From Lama glama (lineage: Eukaryota): a stretch of 64,000 nt of DNA. The first letter of the stretch is position 1. Each line of letters starts with the position of its first letter. The stretch spans positions 63,552,001-63,616,000 of the forward strand of contig CM052816.1 in assembly GCA_028534125.1 (NCBI GenBank), in the 5' to 3' direction. This document shows positions 35,609 to 46,392 of this stretch, piece after piece. The position numbers were made by a program, and so were the translations under genes. The notes under the pieces were generated by a model. It was not told where the DNA came from and did not search any database. It saw only the letters and a program-made list of their open reading frames with translations.

Positions 35609-38600
35609 TCTATATCCCATTTTTATTGATTGATGCCTGTACTGGTGGGTTCTCTTAACTTTTGGGGGTGTGCATTATAGACCGCTTCAATCTTAAGGGG
35701 AAAGTTATTTTCCTGTACAGATCCTTTCCCTAGAAGATTGCTTTGGTGATTAGAGGGTGCTGGTTGAGATACTGAACAAGCACGTCAAATGTTTTTCTAA
35801 GAGTAGAAGCAGTGGCACTTTAGGTGATATTACTAGTGAGTAACTGCTCTAGCTAAGCTGTCACAGATGTTTGTCTTCATTGGTGGCTATTTTGGGTTCA
35901 CACTATCAGCAGGAACCAGAAATGTGTTTCTGTTTTGACCCTCAATTTTAGCAGAAAATGTACATGAAGAAGCATATGACAGGGCAAAATAGGATTAGAA
36001 AATACCAGTAGTAACAATGTAATCTTAACTTAACATGCTTAACTAAAGATATTTCCCTATTTTAAAATATCCCTGAGCCTTTTTTTTTAATACTACAATA
36101 AAAGTGCACTCTCAAACATTTTTTAGTTTAGGGAAGACACAAGTGGTAGTCTGTGTTGCACAGGCATTCTTGGAACTCAACATAAACACTGTGTAGGAGA
36201 AATTATATTCTCTTTACATTAGGCCAAGTGACTTGCCTACTAGTCAGGTTTTTAAAGAATGAGACAGACTACATTTTTCCTTCTTGCATTGAAGCATATT
36301 CAACAATGCTATTAAACATGATGGTGATTTTTAAACAATCTAGCATGTTTTTTAATATTTTATTTTTGTTGTCATCTGAATTTGTATTTAAGAAAGGAAT
36401 ATTTTCTTAGAGTGTAATTCATTTTTATAAGTCTCAGAACATCAAAAACATCTGAGATGATAAAAGCAAAGAGATACTTTTTTTGTTCTCTTATTTTTAA
36501 TTATTTTATGCATCAAAACTCCTTTGATTTTCTTTTTTTTTTGAGTTTATCTAAAGATAATATGCACACTCAGGCACTAAGGAGAGTTGTAAATATGTCC
36601 ACATTCATAGCTCCCATTAAAAAAGAGAAATCTCTGACAAAGGTTATGGTGTTCTAAATTTTCCTACCAAGAAGAAAAATTCTATGTATCCCAAATTCAT
36701 GTCAATTACCTATTATAAAAGCCTTGTGAAGCTAAATATCTTGTGAATCCACATCTTCATCTCCTTCCCTCTAAAGCTATATTTATATCTGTGTCTATAT
36801 AGCATGTGATATACTGACAGACTCTTCATATTTGTTATATCAGCAGTTCAAACTTCTGCTTATATTTAAGCTGCCCAGACTGCCAACTGAATGGTTAGTA
36901 CTGTCACTTCAGGTTAATGTGCAAGGTGGAGTTAAGGGGATCCAGCTAGGGATAGCAAAGTGCCAGGGCACTCAACACACTCAGATGATTATTTTCTCAA
37001 AAATAGATTCTTCACCCTTGAAAATATGTGTGATGCTTTGTGTCCAAAAACTATGTACAGTGAGATGTTGACAGTTTGGGACTCACTGAATTAAACAATG
37101 CTTCTCTACTGAAAAAGAAAAAAAGATTCTTCGTTGCTATCATACTAGGTTGAAATGATATGTTTATAAGATTGTATACTACAATCATTGTCATGAATCT
37201 TTCCAGCTGTCTCTCCAATATAAAAATATACCTCCAAATCAGGAAAATAAAAAGTATTATAGAAAGAATATGGACTTTGGATTTGAATCCCAGATCTGTC
37301 CCCTTTTTCTGGCCTCTTAGTAATTTTAATTAATGTTTGTGAGCCTCTGTTTTGCCATCTTTATAATAGAGATAGTATCATCTTTTATAAGTTAAATTAG
37401 AAAAAATGTATATAAAATGCTTATCAGAATATCTCATATATCAAGTCTGCTATAAATACTGTTTTCCTACCTTTTAAAGACCTGAATTAAATTAAAATAA
37501 CTTTAGATAGTCTAATAAAGCAAAAGTCCTTTATGTACATTATCACAGTCGTTCAGATAAACGTAGACTCCTAAAAGAAGTATGTTTGGGTCTATTAGCA
37601 ACTTAGCTAGGATCTCTAAGTCACTTAAACTTTCGCCTTTAATAATAGCATAATATAAATAAAAACAACAGTGGCATGGCAATAATAATAGGCATTTATT
37701 AGGCAATATGGACCATGCATTTTGTTACACGTACTATTGTTCAATTCTTACAGCAATCTCACGAAGCAAATACTACTATTACCCTCATTTTAGGAGGGTT
37801 CAGTAACTTGCTCAAGGTCACACAATCAGCAAGGCTGGGGCTTGAACTCAGGTCTATATGACTTCAAGATGTGCACCTGAATTAACGTGTGGCAGTGGAA
37901 GCAGAGAGAGGTGGATTAGCTGAAGAATTATTAAGAGTTAAAATTCCTGGCTGTTTGGATGGGGGCCTATGGGAGAGAGTCAAGTCAAGGCACATAGGCA
38001 CATCACTAGTGGTGCCCTTCCAGGTAGAACAGCTGCAAGTAACAAAAATCCTTATGAGTTAACTTATTGTCAGGCTCCAGCGGTGACCCACAGAATCCAA
38101 AGCCAGGAATGCAGCGCTGTAGGAGCACAGGAAGTATTTCCTTCTCTTCTCTGAACATCTGTTTCACTTGTCTGTGCAGATGGGCTTCCTTGGCTCCCAC
38201 TCCACATGGAACAATTCATTGCTGGCCCACAGCTCCCAAATTTGCATACTTCAGGTTCAGCTACACAAAGAAACATTCTCTCTGTCTCTCCTGATTCAAA
38301 GGCAATCAAGCTGACCCAGTTGGAGTCAGGCGCCCCCAGTCCAAGAAACTGTTGCCAGGGCTGCAGAGTTATGCAACACAAACGTGGCTCCTGGGAGACA
38401 ATGCAGGGCGAGGGAGCAGTCCTCAGAGAAGAGGGTCTAGGCAGACAACTTCCTGTGTGGCCACCACAGTGCCATTCACTAAGAGGGAGTGTCTAAGTGT
38501 CCTAGGCAGTGGTGGTATCAAGGAGGCAGTGAACTGGGGCCTTTACTCTGGAAATGTTTATCTTACTTATGGTGAAAAGTTTGCATTAATAATGAGTCAG

Positions 38601-39509
38601 AAATAGCTTTAAATATCAAGAGGCTTTCTGTCTTAAAAACATGCTTTGGTACAGAGCCTAATATCTGTTCCTGGGTGTCAACTGTATCAACTCTTCATTA
38701 TCATCAAAGATAAGACAACATCCATCCTGCATTTCCCCCTCCTAAATGTAGATTGGCTCTAGAAGGTTTGAAGTTCAGGTAACAGGGCACTGTGGTGTAA
38801 TGGGGTATTCAAAATGTTAGTTTTTGAGGAAAATTTAATGGATGTGGTAATTTTGAAAACTTGCCGTTTCATAGTTTTAAGCTTTTTTTTTTTTTACTTT
38901 CTAAGAATTGAGGCTTAAGCTTACTTGTGGAACAGACTGTTCCTTTATTTTGGGAAAACTTGTACTACAAGGCAAATTAGTATCTTTCCTACTGCTCTTG
39001 GGGAAAAAAAACTTAATCAGAGGAGTTATTCAGGAACAGATACATCCATTAGAGCAGCTCTATTTAGTAAAATAAACTGGATGCACCTTTTAGGAAACTT
39101 GTTTCCACTACTGATATTTTCCTTGGAAATGGGTTTAGGCCTCCATTCCGATCCTCTTCTGGCCTACGACTCTCCTCAGGGCGAGGAGTCCACAGGGCCA
39201 GAGGAAAGCTATCCTCCCACTTCCTGAACGCATTCTGGGTATCAAGGACCCCTTAATTCTCTGCTCAGACTACTCTGACCCAGCTCCCAGGGTCTGTGCA
39301 GGCCCTTTTACTAAGTCTGATTTCCTGAGAAGGCTTGCAGGCCCAGGGATGTACAGACAGAGTTTAAAGGGGTAAACTGAAGTGATCATTGTGAGGTCCC
39401 TTGCAGCACAGGATGGAGCTGAGTTGAAGGAGAAAGCGGTGAGCCAGGGGACTCCATTTTTACCCTTGCCCTGGGCACCACAATGTTAGGGGTGGGGTTG
39501 CCCTCAGAG

Positions 39510-39680
39510 CAGTAGTTCTCACACTTTAACATATAGAAGAATTACTGGAAGTCCTTGTTAAAAATACAGATTCCTTGGGCCCTATCAACAGAAATTCTTA
39601 TACAATTGGGTCTGGCACAGGGTCCAAAAATCAGTATTTTAACAAGTCCTTCAGGGACTTAGAAGTTGGGAAACACTCTT
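39510..39680. mobile_element. MER5A-like hAT MITE
   Basis: CAGTAGTTCTCACACTTT...TGTTAAAAATACAGATTCCTTGGGCCC. Confidence 0.7.
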
Positions 39681-41829
39681 TTGAAAAATTTTTTCTTCAA
39701 TTTGAATTTAGAAGCCCTGTGCTTATTTATTTTTTCTTGTTCTTGCAGAGTTAATTTGTACCACCATGTGAATATGTGTTTTTTATCCAAGAATTTTCCC
39801 TCTGGATATCAGCAGTAGAACCCTCCAAAAGCATAGGGAATACACTTAGGGCTGACATTTAACTCTTGCTGGGGGAGAGACCTCAGGCAGGCTTGTTGTG
39901 ACACAGCTTGGTGGATCATGGGAAATGTGCTGATAGGAGATAACCATGGTTTTGGTGCCTTTTGGAGGCTACGGTGTAAGAACAGTGCCCCCTTGAAGAG
40001 AATGGATCATCTAGGGAAGAAGTCAGCCCCATGGCAGAAAATGAGTACTTGGCAGGTGAGCCCTAGGTTGGGGCAGAAAAGAATCTCTGTTCTCTCTTTT
40101 AAACTTGACAGTTTGCCCAGAAATCTAAATTGTAGAAATACTTGGATCATTCTTAGAGGTGGAAGTGAGCTGGCCTCCACACAAGGGAATAGAATGTATC
40201 CTCTTGGGGGTGCACCCCCTGGTCTCTAATTGCAGCTTCGAATGGGAAGTGTAAGAATTTGGTGGGTTGTTTTTTTCCCTCTCATTCTTCCTAACCTCGG
40301 GAAATTGGGCAGAATCAAAGAGGAAATTGGTGTTCTCTTTGCTTGAGGGCAGAGGAGTGATAGGGAGGGCTCATCAGTGCCCAGGACAGTGCCATTCTCA
40401 ACAGGCCATTATCACTCAGGTGGCAGCAAGGTGGGAAGATAAAGAGGCCAAATACAAAGATTAGTCCTGAGCAGATCTGAGACTATTTGGGAAACTGAGG
40501 GGTAGCACTATTTGGGTAATTTTGAAGAGATCTAGTTTCTAGCAACTAAGGTGAAATAGTTTGTGACCTTGTAAACTGGCCTGACCTTATGTAGTAATCA
40601 CAGGCTGAGGCCAGGGACTTTTGGGCCATATTCATGGTCTTTTTGAATGTCTCTTTGGTATTTTTATGCTCGGACCACATTCTGATGGGAAAAATACTTT
40701 ATGCTGGTTCCACCTGGACCTCTAAATAGGACAATTCAGTTCTGTACTTCGTAGAGGCTACAGCAAGATTTCTACAGTAAAAAAAAAAAAAAAAAAAGAC
40801 TTCTGACACTACAGTAAAACTTCTACAGTGAGAAAGAAGTGTCCCAACAACATGTTTTTCTATTGGAAATAGTAATGGCTAGAAACTCATTCCCAGAGGT
40901 AGAGATGCTATGGAAAGCATAAGAAGGTTTTTAGGACAATTAGAAAAGGGAAAACATTACCATAAAAAGGAGGTTGATGGGAAAGATGAAAATGAAAGGG
41001 GGGAAATTGAAGTCTGAGTAACAGGTTCAAAATTTCATTATTATCCAGGCCTTAATCGAACAGTCTATAGTTAATCAGAAGGGAATTAAAACCTGAGGGT
41101 CTGGAAATCCCCCAGTATTCTAAAGGATGGGGGATTGGAAATTTATATAACTAAGCTGGAAGTACAGGTTTAGGAAGCCCAGAAGATGTAGAGATAAAAA
41201 TCTGACCATAAACTTAAGCATACCCCAATATTCACTGGCTTAATCTTAGAAGAGGCACCCATACTTTGTGCTTCTATGACAAGTAGTTTTGGGGGGTACC
41301 TCTGTTCTCTTTGCTTGAGTAAATAAATGTGCAACCCCAGGAAGATGTAGAAATAATGAACTGATAAATCAAACCCTATAGTTTAATATTTTTATATTAA
41401 ATTTAAGAACAAGCTTAGTAACTAGGCTTGTAAGCAAGTCACTTCTATATATTCTGTTTGTATTTTAGGCTGAAGAGGATTTAAACTTCTGAATTTAAAG
41501 ATCTGGTTTATTAGATATAAAAAAATCACTTAGAAAAAGATTTTGCTTGTTTTTCTATACGACTTGTCAAGTGAGTTTTTTGTCATTATAATTTAGGATG
41601 TCTAAGAGAATCTAATTAATTAAATGTATAAATAAAATACTTATAAGAGTGAGCTGTCAAATGTAAGTGATATTTGAGCATCAATCAAAGAAGTAAAAGT
41701 GACTGTTTTTATATTGGTATAAAAATTTATAAAGAAATATAGATTTTAAAAGGTATATTTTAATAAATTGAATATTAATAAAAATATAAGTAAGTATAAA
41801 TTTTTGTACACAAAATTTCCTTTGGATAA

Positions 41830-42055
41830 TAAAAGCTTACTTGGACCTCGAGTAGTACATCCTGGCTCCACTACTTCCTTGCTTGTGACTCTGAGCAAGT
41901 TACTCAATCTCATTGTTTCTTTTTCCTCACTGTAATATGGAGATAATAGTAGCGGTATTTCACGGGGTTGTTATGATACTTAAATGAGATATAAAAGTAA
42001 AACACTTAGAATAGTGTTTGGTATATACTTGGTGTTCAATAATAGAACATTATTC
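41830..42055 (+). mobile_element. MIR SINE
   Basis: TGTGACTCTGAGCAAGTTACTCAATCTC...TAAATGAGAT core. Confidence 0.75.
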
Positions 42056-43614
42056 TATGAATTCTAAAACTAAAAAATCTCAGTGTACAATAAATAAATA
42101 TAGCCCCACATCTCCACTGTGGCAGTGGAAAAAGTTCTGGTTAAGGGCCTTGATGATGGAGGGACCAGGATGACTCTGGTTTGCAGCACTTGAAGCCTCC
42201 CCATTTTTCTCCTCAGCAGTTACTTGGCTTTTGAAACTCAACCATTGTAAAATTCTTTTATTTGAATAGTCTGAACTCATCTGCACCGTAATAACAAACT
42301 CCTTAAAAGAAAAGCCAAGATACACGACTCTGCAGGGGTATTTGTACATGGTGGTGATGCAGTCACCATAAGTGAACCTGTAAGATGTATGAATGATAAA
42401 AATATTTGATTTTACAGGTAAAGTTAAGGATTTCTGCTTTGTTCACTGAAAAGAGATAATTGGGTTAAAGCAAGTGATTACTACAGTGAACTGTATGGCA
42501 AAATCGAGTGTGGAAACTGTGTGTCAAAGTTGAATTCTGCTCTGATGTAACAGGAGACATGGGCAAGCTGTATTCATGGCTCATTCTCTCCTGTACAAGA
42601 AGGGTAGAGAGTGAGCAGAAAGGAACTTGAATATTAAAGAGCCACATCCTACATTCTACCTACATCAGAAAACTCTGTGTTCCACCAGATATTGGAACTA
42701 CATGAAGAAGGGAGATGGGTTACTATCAGATATCAAATAGCAAATTAAACTTGCTGTTTGTGCAGTAGTGAATACTGCGCTGTAGTATTGCATTGTATTA
42801 AGCCCAAAGAAGGTAAGAACGGAGCTAGCACATATCTGTGGTTAAAAGACCTATGGAATGTGAGAATCATGAACTCTGTCAATGGATTGTTGCTTCTTAT
42901 TTTGACTTAGTAGTCGATCTGTTATTACAAAATCAAAGAATCAGATGACACTTCACCTCTTTCAAGTCTCCCTGACCCTTCAAATACAACTTCTCAACAA
43001 GACCTATTTGATTTCGCTTTTCATAAAGACTCCCAGGGAAGAGATTTTATAATTTCCCTTGTTAGCACTTTCATAGCTGTCAGCTCACATCACCAGGAAA
43101 GATTTCCTGGTGTCTCTTAGGAAATCCCCTTAAAATTAATGAGTAACTAAACCTTGCTCCTGAGTGGGAGGGAAAGATAATGGAATATGAGCCTGCTGAA
43201 CCGAAGGTGAATGGAGCCTCAGTTTGTTACTTGATGTCTGAGCTTCCCGAAGTGGTGAGGTCACCTCTGTAGGTGAATCACAGACTAGGAGGAGGTGTGA
43301 TTGGTTCCTGGCCCAGTCCCTTTGTTTCAGGAAGAGTCAAATGGAACTGTGCCAGGGAGTACTGCTGTCAAACATAACAGAACCTCAGTGCACTCTGGAA
43401 CCCTTAAGAAAATTTGATTCAGCTGTGATGTAGTATTTATCATTAAAAAAATTTCACTGTATAGTAAAGAGTCCTTAAGGGATACTTCCTTATTTTTAAA
43501 TATATATGTGGTATATATAAAAATGTAATATTTATATATTCAATTTTTAATGACTACTTCGAAAGTGTAACATAGTTTAAAATAGAACAGCTTATTAAAA
43601 AGTCAGGTTGCTAA

Positions 43615-43738
43615 GGGGAGGATATAGCTCAAGTGGTAGACCACATGCTTAGCATGCACAAGGTCCTGGGTTCAATCCCCAGTACTTCCTCTAAAAATAA
43701 ATAAATAAACTCAATTACCTTCCCCCACCCCAAAAAAA
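43615..43738 (+). mobile_element. tRNA-Ala-derived SINE (camelid Vic-1-like)
   Basis: GGGGAGGATATAGCTCAAGTGGTAGA...CTTAGCATGCACAAGGTCCTGGGTTCAATCCCC with tail; TSD TCAGGTTGC at 43603-43611 and 43739-43747. Confidence 0.9.
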
Positions 43739-44448
43739 TCAGGTTGCCGAGTCAGGGTCAGGGCAGATGGGACTGTTTTAGAAATGGCTGAAGTGGTGAC
43801 ATCATATGTCATGGCTATTAAGGCAAGGAAAATAAGGAAATACTCTAACGTATCTTCAAGTGGAAGCTACTCAAGAAAAAAAAGGTCAGATATGAATAGA
43901 GATCGAAAATGAAGTTAAATTCAGATTAGATAACTCCTGGTGACTTGGTTAGTGGCAAAGAAGTGTTAAACAGCTATTTAAATACAGGAGAAAAATCTCC
44001 AAGAGAATTACTGCAGTGTCTAAGCTGGGGATCAGGGAATTATGGAATGGGTCAGACCAGGAAAACTGGGGGGCAGAAATCTATTCTAGTAAAAAGCCTT
44101 AGAACAAGGCCAAGGGATAGGAGATTTGAGCAGCACTGGTTGGAGTGGAGTGAGGAAAAAGGATAGGCAAGATCTACGTATCAAGAGCATAGCTCCAATT
44201 CAAGTCCCAAGTTGGGGTTTCATTCCTAGTAAAAGCAGTGAAGACAACAGCCAAAAGTTCCAAGTGGCAGAAAATCAGCACAGATCCAGACAAGTAGGAG
44301 AGGGCTGCTCTGGTCTTAAGGTGCTTTGGTGCAAATTAGTAAAAGCCACCCCTTCTTCCTGGGAGATGGTGCTCAATGTCAGTTTTCAAGGGTTGTTGAG
44401 TGAACTGTAGGCTGGATGTCAGCCCCCAACAACCAGGATCCACACAGA

Positions 44449-44948
44449 NNNNNNNNNNNNNNNNNNNNNNNNNNNNNNNNNNNNNNNNNNNNNNNNNNNN
44501 NNNNNNNNNNNNNNNNNNNNNNNNNNNNNNNNNNNNNNNNNNNNNNNNNNNNNNNNNNNNNNNNNNNNNNNNNNNNNNNNNNNNNNNNNNNNNNNNNNNN
44601 NNNNNNNNNNNNNNNNNNNNNNNNNNNNNNNNNNNNNNNNNNNNNNNNNNNNNNNNNNNNNNNNNNNNNNNNNNNNNNNNNNNNNNNNNNNNNNNNNNNN
44701 NNNNNNNNNNNNNNNNNNNNNNNNNNNNNNNNNNNNNNNNNNNNNNNNNNNNNNNNNNNNNNNNNNNNNNNNNNNNNNNNNNNNNNNNNNNNNNNNNNNN
44801 NNNNNNNNNNNNNNNNNNNNNNNNNNNNNNNNNNNNNNNNNNNNNNNNNNNNNNNNNNNNNNNNNNNNNNNNNNNNNNNNNNNNNNNNNNNNNNNNNNNN
44901 NNNNNNNNNNNNNNNNNNNNNNNNNNNNNNNNNNNNNNNNNNNNNNNN
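44449..44948. other. Assembly gap (500 N) flanked by an identical 113-bp duplication
   Basis: 44336-44448 is identical to 44949-45061. Confidence 0.97.
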
Positions 44949-46240
44949 TTAGTAAAAGCCACCCCTTCTTCCTGGGAGATGGTGCTCAATGTCAGTTTTC
45001 AAGGGTTGTTGAGTGAACTGTAGGCTGGATGTCAGCCCCCAACAACCAGGATCCACACAGAGGACCCATCTGCACAAATGCACATAGTGGCTCTGCAAGA
45101 ATGGTTGTATCAGTGCATCACTGCATCACTGCATCACTGCTTCTCACCCCAGGAGCCCACTACACATCCGCTGATTCAGAGTTCCTGGGGTAGGGTACTG
45201 GAATCTGTATTTGCTCCCTTAAAAATACATATTATATTTATATACTAACTATTGTGTGTGTGTGTGTGTGTGTGTATACATATATATGTAGGCAAAAGTA
45301 GCACTTGCCTATTGAAGGTAAAATGAAACAAGAATATGCATGAAGACAAACCTGAAAGCCTATCTTCTCCTTTCTACCTGACCCCCAACTTCCTAAGATT
45401 AGTCACTTTTTATAGATTTTCTTTGTGCATATAGCATGGATTCTTATTATCTATATTAATGTTTCATATGGGGTAAAAATTGTGAAGTAGTATTCACAAA
45501 GTTTCCCTATGCATTTCCTGCTCCTCCCATCATGAAAAAAAGAATGTTTGCCTACTTAGAACTCAGGCTTTTGGTTGTGGCAATGAAGAAAATGAGTTAA
45601 AATAGACATAGAACTTTAAGGAGCCTGAGATGTTTGCATCAATCAGGATCCTGGCAGGAGACAGATGGGACACTCAAGCCGGGGCACTGAGTACTTAATT
45701 GAAGGACTGTTTACCAAGGGGTGAGCAAGGTTTAAAGAAGTTACCCCAGGGCTAGTAACACTTGAGAGCTGCTACCCCCTCCAGCTTCATGGGGCAAGGA
45801 GTGGGGACTACTACTGGAACACAGGCTGACAACTCAGCAGGGAGGGATGTGAGGGGATAAAGAACTTGACCTCACTCTCTTCCCTTCCTTCCATTTCCTG
45901 CCAAGGCTCTCCACTGGGCTGGCCCAACTGGAAGCCAGAAGGCAAAGGGGCCTGGTGATGTCATCCACTTAGGTCAGTCTCAGAGCAGGCCACAGAGCAG
46001 GAAAGAGAAGGGGACTGGAGGGGCAACCGGAGGATATCCAGCACAACATGTTTCTGAAAATACATATCTTAGAGGGCAGGAGGAGGGATGGAAAACGCTG
46101 CCAGAGCCCTACAAGGAAAAAGAGGGGTGGGGCTATTTAGAGGAAGCAGAAGATCCTTGAGTTCTGTCACTATGCTGTTGCTCTGGGTGTGTGTGTGTGT
46201 GTGTGTGTGAGATGTAAAAGGGATTTTTAAAGAAATTTAC

Positions 46241-46392
46241 GGGGGTAGGGTATAGCTCAGTGGTAGAGTGCCTGCTTAGCATGCACAAGGTCCTGGGTTC
46301 AATCTCCAGTACCTCCATCAGATAAACAAACAAACAAACAAACCTAGTTATCTCCCCCACCAAAAAATAAATAATTAAAATTAAAAAATAAA
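46241..46392 (+). mobile_element. tRNA-Ala-derived SINE (camelid Vic-1-like)
   Basis: GGGGGTAGGGTATAGCTCAGTGGTAGAGTGCCTGCTTAGCATGCACAAGGTCCTGGGTTCAATC, then (AAAC)n and an A-rich tail. Confidence 0.9.

Noticed and set aside
43615..46320. tRNA-Ala genes
   Set aside because: A-rich tails, TSDs and divergent acceptor stems identify them as SINEs.
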